Part shown: positions 51,192 through 64,000 of the stretch, in pieces | How the letters are laid out: every line of letters begins with the position of its first letter | How positions within the stretch are numbered: the first letter of the stretch is position 1 | Assembly (NCBI GenBank): GCA_964016885.1 | Contig: OZ024740.1 | Location: forward strand, 179,118,001-179,182,000 | Source of the DNA: Eledone cirrhosa | Lineage: Eukaryota | Direction: 5' to 3' | DNA length: 64,000 nucleotides | The notes under the pieces: model-generated | What the model was told of the DNA's origin: nothing | Seen by the model: only the letters and a program-made list of their open reading frames with translations | The model's database searches: none | Position numbers and translations under genes: made by a program

Positions 51192-53349
51192 AGTTTTCAA
51201 TGTTTGTATACATACATGACCTCCTTTCCAAAGCAAAAGACATACAGATACACATGTATATATTGATGTAGAGTGGGGTGACATATATTATATTATTTCT
51301 GAATGGCAATTTAAATTCAAAAATTAAAATCATATTAAAACAGAATCAAAGCAAAATTAAAATAAAAATACAACATCGGCAGTTAACGTAGATAATGCAA
51401 GAGGATAGTTTGTTAGTCAGTTGTAGTAGTTATTGTATGCATTAGTTACACGTGGGGCATGCACGTGTGTCTTATTTATATATGATTATTGTGCGGCAGG
51501 GTGTTATATGCAATACAAGCACTTTAAGCGGGTAATCAAGAGTATTATGGAGGTTGTAGTGGTAAGGTATTTTTTGTGTATGATAAAGAAGCTTGTGTGC
51601 AGAGAAATAGTATAAATGAGAAGCAAAATAATGTTATGGTTTTTGTATACACCACCATTTTCACAATTCAGGAAACGTAATATATAGTTTATATGTCCTT
51701 CACATAATTAACGATGATTCCGTATTGGATGTTTGATGTATTAAGTTAAATTATTATAGCTTGTTGCGGCTCAGTGTTCTTTAATCCAATTTTATAGAGC
51801 AGGTTGTTTCTGTTGCGAGAATTTACATCGTTTTATTATCCGGAAGTATGTGTGTGATTAAGGGGAGTTAATGCGTGAGGGGAGGTAACTAGCTGATTTC
51901 TATAACTAAATTTATTATTCCACCATACATTAAAAGGTGTCTCAATTGAGTCCCTTATATATACGGTTATATACAGTTTCCAAATTTAAGTATCCTATCT
52001 TTAATTACAGTCTACTCTATCATGAAGAACTAAAGGTATCTATATTAGGATCATTACTCATTAGATAAATAGAGGATTAATTTATTAACATAAACGAGCT
52101 GTATAACCTATATGTTGAGTACAATGAATTATGTACAAGTGGTATGTGAGTTATACATACATGTATAACTTGATAGATAGATTAATGACATTGTAAGTGA
52201 GAAATGTGTTTTGGTCTACCCTAGAGATATTTAACTTTGCCATGCAATCAGTCATACGCTGACCCAGAGCTTACCAGGGGTTATATAGACGTGGTTCTAA
52301 TAGGGCCCCTGACAGGTTCTGTGCGTAGACTACATTTACAAAGAACTTTGATATGTAGATCTGACTCTTCGTATGGAATATTCAGTTGTAGCACTCTATG
52401 ATAGGGAGTAATGATCAGAATATAGATACTTTTAGTACTTCATGATAGAGTAGACTGTAATTAAAGATAGGATACTTAAATTTGGAAACTGTATATAACC
52501 GTATATATAAGGGACTCAATTGAGACACCTTTTAATGTATGTAGGAAGAATAAATTTAGTTATAGAAATCAGCTAGTTACCTTCCCTCACGCATTAACTC
52601 CCCGTAATCACACACATACTTCCGGATAATAAAACGATGTAAATTCTCGCAACAGAAACAACCTGCTCTATAAAATTGGATTAAAGAACACTGAGCCGCA
52701 ACAAGCTATAATAATTTAACTTAATACATCAAACATCCAATACGGAATCATCGTTAATTATGTGAAGGACATATAAACTATATATTACGTTTCCTGAATT
52801 GTGAAAATGGTGGTGTATACAAAAACCATAACATTATTTTGCTTCTCATTTATACTATTTCTCTGCACACAAGCTTCCTTATCATACGCAAAAAATACCT
52901 TACCACTACAACCTCCATAATACTCTTGATTACCCGCTTAAAGTGCTTGTATTGCATATAACACCCTGCCGCACAATAATCATATATAAATAAGACACAC
53001 GTGCATGCCCCACGTGTAACTAATGCATACAATAACTACTACAACTGACTAACAAACTATCCTCTTGCATTATCTACGTTAACTGCCGATGTTGTATTTT
53101 AATTTTAATTTTGCTTTGATTCTGTTTTAATATGATTTTAATTTTTGAATTTAAATTGCCATTCAGAAATAATATAATATATGTCACCCCACTGTACATC
53201 AATATATACATGTGTATCTGTATGTCTCTTGCATTGGAAAGGAGCTCATGTATGTATACAAACACTGAAAAATGCTACGAAGACACCAAGCCTCGGTTTG
53301 GATGAAACAATTGTAAGCTAATAAATGATTTGAACATAACTTTGATTCC

Positions 53350-53443
<94 letters not shown>

Positions 53444-53592
53444 TCTGCGGAGCTAAGACCGGGGAGATCACAAACCAGTGGAGCACTCTATGCGTGGGAA
53501 GAAGCAGAAACCGTTTGGTGTCGTGGTATATATATATATATGTATATATAAGCACCGATTAAAAGTTTAAGGGAACACTTATTTATCACTAC

Positions 53593-53626
<34 letters not shown>

Positions 53627-53826
53627 TACGTACCACATATTTCCTAGAGATATTGACGTGTCCTCAATCTTCTATTTCTTCTTTAAATTCTGAGTCTATT
53701 TTCTGTTGGAGGACTAGCGTCCGAAACGTTAAGATTCTTTTCCTACTGTATCAAGAGTAAAACTAATAATATATTTCTTAATTGCATCGTTTCGTTTGCT
53801 TTGTTGTTTCTGTTTGCCTCTTGCAT

Positions 53827-53983
<157 letters not shown>

Positions 53984-54007
53984 CAGGTTGCACTCGAGAG
54001 CAACCTG

Positions 54008-54051
<44 letters not shown>

Positions 54052-54053
<2 letters not shown>

Positions 54054-54573
54054 CAGGTTGCTCTCGAGTGCAACTGGTAACATGTAACACAGTACAACCT
54101 GTCTCATGGTTGGGTCGTCGGCGACTAAACCGGCAACCCCACCAAGCTTGCTTGGTGAGGATGGTGATATTTGGACACCCTGTGGGATGAAATACAATAC
54201 CAGGCAAAGGGCGGAGCAACTCAGCAGGGTCAACGGCCATCCAAAATACCACGTTTTTTTTACCTGGGTGTGAAAGGCCCCCAGTTGTTGTCACAACACC
54301 TTTCTAGGAGAAGGAAACTCTGAAAAAACCTGCGCCATCGGAAGCATCCGATGATGTTGATCAGTTCTCCTTTTCGGATAGTGTTTTCGATGCTAAGAAA
54401 GTGGGATTGGTCGAGTGCAAGGCATTTCCCCAGTTTAAAAACCTTCAAAGCACAGGCATTGCTTGTTCAGGATTTGTCACAGGTTCGTGTGACTGGCCGT
54501 AGCGTAAAGGTGCACTATTTTCTGAAATCTGACAAGCGATTGCAATACTCTTAGCAGAGTTTGCAGCCATCAT
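54052..54573 (+). mobile_element. RTE-derived non-autonomous element
   Basis: gggtcgtcggcgactaa, tctaggagaaggaaactctg, 3' end gcagccatcat; homologous to 27163-27670. Confidence 0.78.
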
Positions 54574-54585
54574 ACACACACACTT

Positions 54586-54619
<34 letters not shown>

Positions 54620-54929
54620 GTTTAAGTATGTTAGATAATCAACGACACAATTATGTGCGGGATAGATCAATCAACGAAGTATACAAGTGGGTCTGTTTAC
54701 TCTGCTGTACAATTATAATGATGAAGTACAAGTCATATGGTTAGAATTTACTTCTTTTATTCATGATCGCTGTTATATATAGTTTGGTGATAACCGTTAT
54801 GCAACAGCTATGGCTTCATCAGACAGCTAAAAGCTGAACAGAAAACAAAACAAAACAGAAAGACGTCGAACAAGAAATAAATAATTACTCGTTTTTTTTC
54901 TCTCAAAGACATCACATCCATAATTAATG

Positions 54930-55850
54930 AATATTCTCCATGATGTGCCTGCTTCAGCCAGTCTCACTCATGTCTCCATATCAATCTTCAGTGCTTTAAG
55001 ATTGTCTTTTATGACATCCCTAAACTGCTTCTTTGGTTTAACTCTGGACTTTTCCCTCTGTTCAGCTCCCCATAAAATAACTGGTTAGATAGCCTTACAT
55101 CTTCCATCCTGACCACACGACTAACCCAACACATCTAAATCATAATAATCCCCCTCTTAATACTAGTGCTACCCACTTTCTCAAGTACAACAACAGCACG
55201 TATGTATGAGGATCACTTGATGTTCAGGATGCGTCATATATTATGCTGATGAAACATTTGCAGCTGCCTGATGTGATGCTTGTAAGTTGTTCACGTTTCG
55301 CATCCAAATAGCAAGGCTGTAAGGACAGAGGCCTCATACACAGAGAGCTTAGTGTCTCTCGTGATATTCGATCTGACCAGACTCGCTTCTCAAGCTTCGC
55401 GAAGGCAGGGTTCACTCTCGCAATCCTGTGATCTATTTCAGCATCGAGGGTACCGCCTCTCCTAAGTGTACTTCCGAGATACACAAATGTGTCCACCACC
55501 TCAAGTTGTTTTCCTCTCACGAAAATGTTTGGCTCCACATACACTTCTCAAATTTGCAGTGAACATGACTTTTGTCATTTTTATACTAATATTTAGTCCA
55601 AACACAGTGCATACATTGGAGAATGTGTCCAATATCAACTACATGTCCTCTAAAGTGTGCGCCACAAAATCTACAATATCAGTATACAGGAACACTCTAA
55701 CAAGAGTGCTAAAGGTTTTTGAGTTAAAACGTTTTAGATTAAAGAATTTGCCAGAGGTTCTAATCGCAAATATATACCGATTTCGAAGACTTGGAAGGCA
55801 TATGGCATCTGCTCGGTGAAGTAGCTGGAGAACAGAATGGATGCAGGCAA
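54930..55850 (-). mobile_element. Decayed RTE-clade LINE fragment
   Basis: RTSGKFFNLKRF, LEVVDTFVYLGS, EIDHRIA...AFAKLEKRVW; homologous to 10130-10800. Confidence 0.85.
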
Positions 55851-55930
55851 GTAATTTTGCCTGACACATACATCCATACAAACATACATTACTACATAGG
55901 TGCGTAGACACATCTGTAAATATTAATAAT

Positions 55931-56122
55931 TCTTTCTACATTAGGCACAAAACGAGCAAATTACCCAGTGCATTACTGGTACTTTATTTTATCTACCCCG
56001 TAAGGATGAAAGGCAAAGTCAACCTCGGCGGGATTTGGACTCAGATCGTAAAGGGACGTAACTATGCTGGAAATCATGGCGTCCGACCCTCTACCGATAC
56101 TGCCAATCCACCGTCCTTAGTG
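55931..56122 (-). mobile_element. tRNA-derived SINE with 18-bp target-site duplication
   Basis: tctgtaaatattaataat at 55913-55930 and 56123-56140. Confidence 0.9.
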
Positions 56123-56333
56123 TCTGTAAATATTAATAATAGCGGAAAAACACGCACACACATAGACACACATATATATGTATATATACTGAAATATATG
56201 GACAGAAACACAAACATTTATATGTGCGCTTATAGTTAGTTTAATATTTTCGTGTATGTATAAACATAAACAAATGATTACATTATTCATCTGTTTGGCT
56301 TCCTACCTTTCACTTCCAACCTTTCATATCCCC

Positions 56334-56801
<468 letters not shown>

Positions 56802-57763
56802 ATTACTTTATCTACGTGTAGTTAAAATGTGTAGGCTTATGGGAGTGTTATATTCTCATACCCTTATATGTAATATTCATGTCTACATAATGGTTTCGAC
56901 AAATTTCTATATTTTCAATTATAATGCAACATTCTATTTATTGAAACCATATAGTAATGCATGTATTAATATATATTAAAATTAGACGGAATGAAACTAA
57001 CCATTGCATAGCTTCAAGATATTTGTTCTACCCAGTCGTCATGATACAGGATCTATATATAGATACAACCGTGAATATGTACGTGAATATGTAAATATCT
57101 GCATCTATGCATACGCAATCATGTGTACACGCATGTATGTATGCATGCATCTATGCACATATGTATGTATGCATGTCTGTTCATTTAACAGAGCATTAGG
57201 ACTGCAATATGGGATTGATACATGAAAGGAAAAGCCAAATCTATGAAAGATTTAAGGAATTGTTCAAGTTGCATGGCTAGGAGTGTATGGTGATTTCAGC
57301 GGAGGTGGGATATCATGAATTTATAACTCGATTCTTCATATCTTACCTGGCTGGTTACCAGACTTAGAAAGGACACTAGAATTGTGATTTATGACCTAGA
57401 GATGGAAGCAAAAATGCTTCAATAGGGATATGGAGGAAGCATTTGAGAAAATAAAAAAAAAATATTAAAAAAGTACACCAAAGCTCAGAGCCAAACAAAA
57501 TCTCTGCGAGAGATAATCAATTTTTTTTAGAAAGAAGTGAAATGAGTACAGATGCACTCAACTTGTGGTGGCCGCATCAGTAGAAAGATGAAAAGCTTTA
57601 TAACAGTCATGACCAAAGTAAAACTGATACCAGTAATGTTGCTTGACAACGCTAAAATGAGTGATACTATTGGGAGGTGCAGAAAATCTTGACAACTCCA
57701 GTCCACAGCTGATGATAGCGATGGGAATGTTCTACACACCAATCTGAGTGTATAATCCTTGTT

Positions 57764-57876
<113 letters not shown>

Positions 57877-57899
57877 ATGTACGTATGTATGTATATCGC

Positions 57900-58400
57900 A
57901 TTGTCGGGTCGTCGGCGACTAAACCGGCAACCCCACCATGTTTACTTGGTGAGGAGGGTGATTTTAAACACCCTGCAGAACAAAAAACAAAACCTGACAA
58001 AGGGCGGAAGAACTCATAAGAGTCAACGGCCATCCGAAAGTGTGTAAATATGTATATACACATGTACCGCGCGGTTAAAGCACTGGGACTGGAGGACCCC
58101 TAGCCTTTGTCGGGGCATTCTTCTAGGAGAAGGCAACTCAGGAAACTGGAATAACTCCGATATAAAACCTGCGGCACAGTAGTTACCGATGATGTTGATC
58201 TTTTCTTCTTTTCGTGTTATTGCTACTGTCGCTCAGAGAGTGGGATTGGATCAGTGCACAGTCTTTCCTCACTTTGAAAAATATCTTCTCGCACAGGCAT
58301 TGCACGATAGAATGAATTAATAATTATTAATAATGGTATATCGTGCAATGGCCATACTCGATAACGAGGGAGCAGCCATCATCATGTATGTATGTATGTA
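57900..58400 (+). mobile_element. RTE-derived non-autonomous element with 3' tail matching the RTE LINE at 11.5 kb
   Basis: tcgtgcaatggccatactcgataacgaggg.gcagccatcat(gtat)n at both 58341 and 11513. Confidence 0.82.
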
Positions 58401-58809
58401 TGTGTGCGCGCGTGCTCGCGCGCGTGTGTGTGTGCGTGAAAAGAAACGGAAAGAAGAAATCAAACTATGATGTACAATGAAGATATATATTAGTTTCACC
58501 CATAATATAGTTGTAAAGGTCTTAATCTTTCGGACGCTAGTCCTTTATTAGAATATAGAATGGGAAATTAAAGAAGATAGAAAAAGAGAAAGTAGATTGA
58601 ATAGGTGTAGAGACGAAAACAAATTTATGAGAAAAAGCATGTCTGATCATTTCGCCATCTCATATGAATATATATATTGTATATATAATAAAATTTCACC
58701 ATCTCATATATATATATATATATATGTTCCTATTACCCACTATACTGCCCTAAGTATTGTGTACTTTGGTGCGTTATGGTCCACCTGGGTCCTTACCACA
58801 TTTCCTTCG

Positions 58810-58847
<38 letters not shown>

Positions 58848-59984
58848 TGCCCCAGCATGGCCTTAGCCGGATGGCTGGAACAGGTAAAAGAGTAAATATA
58901 TATATATATATATATATATAATAACAGTAATATTGAAAGGAAGTCATCGGAAGAACCGGTGTATCACCGACCGTTCTGTCACTCACTCAATGCTTTAATT
59001 AAGCCAGCATAATTAGGATACCAACCAAAAAGGAAAGCAGAGTTCACACTGGAAGAATTGGACGGAATCGAATTCTGCATCCTCGGTTACCCGGTGAATG
59101 TGTTTGGTTTTCCCCAATGCTTTTAACGTCCACCGTTGTTTACATTTTTTACTACATACTTGAAATATAAAAAGACACAATTGGTGTCTATCAGGATTTA
59201 ATGCACTCGCCCAGCATCCTTGCTAATGCAATAAAAACTACAATATAGCAGTGTTATTGCAGTGTATATGAAAGTGTTATTCTTTGATGTTTTATACAAG
59301 AGGATGAGAAAGTATAACGAATGAGGGTAAACATAAGAAAGCACGTACCCACACATTCTGCATGATGTTAGTGACAGTAGTGGTAGATTTGGAGAAAATC
59401 TGATATTTCACAAACGTATTTCTATAATTATGCATGGTCTGACGTGACTATAATGTCCTGATAGTTGAGTCGATGATGCTTTTGGAAAGCAATATTGAGC
59501 GGTCGCACGAAAGAAATATGCTAAGATATATAAAGGACTTGGGGAATTGTGTGAAGCATGAAAATAGCAGTATACTATGCTTCGAGCTGATGTGATATAT
59601 AGCAGATTTGTTGTTAGTTTCAATATGTTCGACAGACTGGAATTAGATTTAGGAAGGATCATAGGGTAGAGAGTTAAGCATAAATGCTTTTTCTTTTATA
59701 AATATAGTAGATTTTGAGAGAAAGTCAAACACTGGGAACAAAGAGAAAGTTTTCATCTACTAGTAAAACACAATAGTCACTACAGGTTTAAAGTGTTAAC
59801 AGCTGTATCCGATTGTTGTGGTGCCATGTCAATAAAGAAAAGAAACGAAAACGATATTTCCAGATGGCACCAATGCTGTGTGGAACAGTGTGGAGGGAGG
59901 GAAACCGTTCAAATCTCAATCGACAGCTGGTGAAATGAATGTCTCCTAGGGAAAGCCGCGAAAGAGAAAATTCGATTAAATTGA

Positions 59985-60205
59985 CTTCAGTCTGTTACTG
60001 GTACTTTATTTTATCGACCTCGTAAGGATGAGAGGCAAAGCTATCTTCGACGGGATTTGAACGCAGAACGTTAAGAACCGAAGAAAAATACTTTCAAAAG
60101 TTTGTCCGATGCTTTTACGACTTTACTAAATTCCCAGACTAATAATTGTTTCTACTTTAGGCACAAGGCCAGCAATTACCCAGTGCATTACTGGTACTTT
60201 ATTTT
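59985..60205 (-). mobile_element. tRNA-SINE copy plus a second SINE tail
   Basis: ggtactttattttatcgacc...gggatttgaac; tail gtttctactttaggcacaaggccagc. Confidence 0.75.
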
Positions 60206-60273
60206 AATAATAATAATAGTAATAATAATAATAAAATATATACAACTATAAGTATGTGCACATATATACACTT

Positions 60274-60307
<34 letters not shown>

Positions 60308-60333
60308 GTATATATATATATATACATATATAT

Positions 60334-61027
60334 ATAATAAAGTATGTGTTCCTACGTGTAAAAAATACACATAGGGATACAAGTATTATCCAACCGTATG
60401 CCAATGTGGTTCTATGGCAGGTTAATAAATTAACGAGCCAGAACATATAAAATCAAGGTTTAGCAAATAGAGAAACAGTTTTAAAATAAATTTTAAAAAG
60501 TTCGCTGTACTTACTATATGTACCTTTACCGCGCGGTTTCAAATCCCCAAATGAATGGATAATCCAGGCGGACTTCCATTGAGAAGGGGATTCTCGTCAG
60601 AATGTTCTTCTCGCTCGGAGAATATAAAATTCCCTAGTTCAAATCACAAACTGGCGCCATACAAAACTGTTCCCGGATGAGAGTGAATGAGGAAGGAACC
60701 AATTTTGTCTAGTGCCGTGTGTAATTTATTAACCTGCCATAGAACCACATTGGCATACGGTTGGATACTACTTGTATCTCTATAGGTATTTTTTACACGT
60801 AGGAACACATACTTTATTATTATTAATCTCCCCTAAGGTTGAGATAACATTTTGGTCGCTTGAACTGCTGCTATTTCTAGTGGCAGGACATTGACCTGTC
60901 CGCCCTTGCCTTCTGGGTTTACACACGGCACTAGACTAAATTGGTTCCTTCCTCATTCACTCTCATCCGTGAACAGTTTTGTATGGCGCCAGTTTGTGAT
61001 TTGAACTCGGGAATTTTGTATATCTCC
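60334..61027. mobile_element. Non-coding PLE-like pLTR element with interlocking inverted repeats
   Basis: A 60334-60432 / A' 60722-60820; B 60617-60724 / B' 60919-61027; HHR between A and B. Confidence 0.75.
60522..60605 (-). ncRNA. Type I hammerhead ribozyme
   Basis: acatt CTGACGA gaatcccc...ggggattt GAAAC c GCGC g GTA aaggt; palindromic loop 3 and long stem II. Confidence 0.85.
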
Positions 61028-61073
61028 AATTCCATTTATGGGAATAGCTAGATCATGTAAAACGGAGTATTTG

Positions 61074-63063
61074 TATCAAAATAAAGATCCGAAGGCATGG
61101 TATAAATTTCCAATCATTTTAATCACGACACCTGTTTCAATAAGAGACAGATCGATCGTGTAGCCATGATCGATTATCACTGAAAATGAATTGTCTTCAA
61201 ATCCTTGATATGAGGGAGAAAATTAACGATGTTCACTCACAGAGTTTAGTCCCTCATATGAAGATGAAGCAGTCAAAACCAAAACACGGCGACTGCTATC
61301 GTCTTTCAATTAGGGTCATAAAACTATCAAGTCTCTATCTCCCAATAGCTGTAAAAACGCTGGACATCAATCAAATCTGTAGAATTACAGTCGGTCACAG
61401 TTAATGTGAGTGGGTACACACACACTCACACACACCGACGCGAGTTCAAAGAAAACATATATACATATACCAACAATGCATCAAATCTGAAGAACTATAG
61501 AGGGTCACAGTTAGTGCGAGTGAGTACACACACACTCACACACACCGACGCCAGGTCAAAGAAAAAATATAAATATACCCACATAGTATTCACCGAGAGT
61601 TAGTTCACAAAACAACAAATGTTATATTGGTCAAATCTCAATTTTATGATGTAAATTGGAAAAATTGGGTCAACCGCAACCCTATACACACGCAAGTAAG
61701 TTTAGTTCAATGTTCTGCTATACGTGTATAGATTGAATTGTAACATCCGTATCTCCAAATAGTGTATGTTATGGTATATACACATCCGTATCGTCCCAAA
61801 AAATTGGAAAAATTGGGTCAACCGCAAACCTATACACACGCAAGTAAGTTCAGTTCAATGTTCTGCTATACGTGTATAGATTGAATTATAACATCCGTAT
61901 CTCCATAAAGTGTATGTTATGGTATATACACATCCGTATCGTCCAAAAAAGTGTATGTTTAGGTATATACACATCCATGTGAAGAGCAAGTAGTCAGCTC
62001 ATATCGAACTCAGTATGTGCCGTTGTCCCATTGAGAATTTGTGCGTGCAAGCAACCGCTATGTAGCCACCAAGGGGCTCTGTGTAGGGTTGGGTATTTGG
62101 GTTAAGGTGTCAGTATGTGCGATTTCCCGTCAAATGGTCCCTTGGGCTTTTAAGATAGGTATTTGAGTGGTGGAGGTGTGTTATCCAACACAAAAAGTAA
62201 AATAAAATAACAAAGAATAGCAAAATCCAGAGGATGTGTGTAGGCCCATTAATGGTGTGTAAGTATTATTGTCCAATCTGTAACCGTGAGCACTCCATAG
62301 TTAGATGATCACGGATCAAAACCTAGTGTAGTGTTCAATCGATAGGAACGTGACCAGTCATAACTGTGGGAACTCAGTGTCTAGAGAAACCAGGTACTGT
62401 GTGTAGAGTTATGTATAGAGAGCGTAATCGGTCTTAACTGAGTGTGTAATACGTTTAGCTATATCCTAACCGAGAAAACACAATGGTTAGGGTATCCTAA
62501 AGTAATGGTGAATGCGCGTAATCGGTCTTACCTGAGTGTGTAATCATTCTAACTATTTACTAACTAAGTATTCTACTGTGCACTCAGCTGTGAGAACTCT
62601 GTGGAAACAGGCCGAGTACCGTTTGTAAGTGCGCAAACGATATTAGCTGTCTAACTACCTGAGTGTGTGATTGTCTGTTTTTTGCTAATTGAGAGAACTC
62701 TATGGCTAAGGTAGAGGGGAGGAGTTAGTGGTAGGTTACTTTCCAAAAATCCCGCGGAAGGTTTTCGAGGTTCTATGTTGGCAGTTGCTGATAAAATCCG
62801 CTCTCCTATTGATTAATAGGGGGCCGCCTCTAATAATATTAAAGGTTTCAGCTATACATAAATTACAGACGCCACTGCTGCCATTATATGGCTGGGCCGA
62901 GCAAATTATGGACCAGGATAAGGAGTGCTCTATATTCTGTTGTTTAAGCGTCCAGACTAATTCAGAAAGCGCCGTTCTATTTTTTCTTTGACCTCGCGTC
63001 GGTTTGTGTCGTGATGAAAATGATTGGAAATTTATACCATGCCTTCGGATCTTTATATTGATA
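61074..63063. mobile_element. ~2-kb non-coding segment bounded by inverted pLTR 3' ends of the 41.8-kb HHR family
   Basis: 61074-61130 is the reverse complement of 63005-63063; internal 148-bp tandem duplication at 61653-61948. Confidence 0.6.
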
Positions 63064-63070
63064 TATATAT

Positions 63071-63141
<71 letters not shown>

Positions 63142-63144
63142 GTA

Positions 63145-64000
63145 TAATAAACAATACAATATAATTACCTCATTACCAGAGGTTTCCCGAATAAGACGAA
63201 TAAAAAAAACATCCTCATTCGTTCGTCGGACAAGGCAATTTAAAACAGTGAAATATTTGAAAAATCTCCCCAAGAAAGGCAAAAGTTTAACGAACAAAAA
63301 ACTATATAAATGAAAGTAATGCAATAGATATATGAAAATAAAATAAGGAAATATAGTTAGGGTATGTGTATAAATGTGTGTATATTCATTCACAAATGTA
63401 CATATGTATGTATCTACAAATTCATGTGTATAGTGAACAAATGTTTGTGTAAGTACACATGTGAGGGCAAGCATATCAGTGTATGTGTGACCACAAATAC
63501 GTATATAATATATGTTGAAAAAGAAATTGTAAGATAATAGAGTTAACGTACATCCAGATTCAGGTATTAAGGAATGAAATATATACACATACAGGTATGA
63601 AAGCACGCGTATAAACACAAACACACGCACGACCACATACATGCGAGTGATATATACAGGGAAGGGAGTGTATTAGTCAAAGCAGTGTCAGTCTGAGGCT
63701 CGATACATATAAAATAATATATGAGAATAAAATTTTTTTTTAAATTAAAGAGAAAGTAAGCGGGAGGAGTTATCAATTATAAAGTAACACTAGAAAAAAT
63801 AGAAAACAAACATAGGTTCGTACGTGCACATATATATATAAATATATATAAATACGTACAGACAAAAGCACATACATGCGTACATCCATACAAAGGTGCG
63901 CATACATACACACGAAGCACACATATATATATATATATATATAGGCACATGTATATCTAATCACACGCACGTACGCGACTATATATATATACACATGCAT
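63145..64000 (-). mobile_element. Second copy of the pLTR seen at 720-1620, running off the window end
   Basis: Colinear homology with 720-1620. Confidence 0.85.
63164..63239 (-). ncRNA. Type I hammerhead (CCGACGA core), paralogue of 739-816
   Basis: attgccttgt CCGACGA acgaatgagg...cttattcgg GAAAC ctctg GTA atgaggtaat. Confidence 0.72.

Larger units (their letters stand above)
46691..53357 (-). mobile_element. Near-complete Penelope-like element: inverted pLTR, partial pLTR, ORF, pLTR
   Basis: 46691-47803 is repeated directly at 50949-52059; 52060-53357 is the reverse complement of 46849-48151; ORF between them; microsatellite flanks. Confidence 0.95.

Overview
AT-rich eukaryotic (animal) DNA, dense in microsatellites and made up almost entirely of nested retrotransposon debris. 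I could not support any host gene exon. The tRNA-derived SINE family resembles repeats I recall from octopod cephalopods, but this is inference. Recognisable content: several GIY-YIG Penelope-like elements (PLEs, Naiad-type motifs), including a near-complete pLTR-ORF-pLTR copy with an inverted 5' pLTR (46.7-53.4 kb); two Tx1-clade L1 elements at (ATT)n; three R4/Dong-like REL elements; RTE LINEs and RTE-derived non-autonomous elements; a CRE fragment; two hAT MITEs; tRNA-SINEs. The main result is about 7 unrelated families of type I hammerhead ribozymes (HHR), folded by eye. One family lies in a 526-bp, roughly 99%-identical tandem array (27.7-29.4 kb) with one HHR per unit and an inverted terminal segment. 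This is a candidate PLE-mobilised, circRNA-producing retrozyme-like element. Most short ORFs in the ORF track are microsatellite artefacts.
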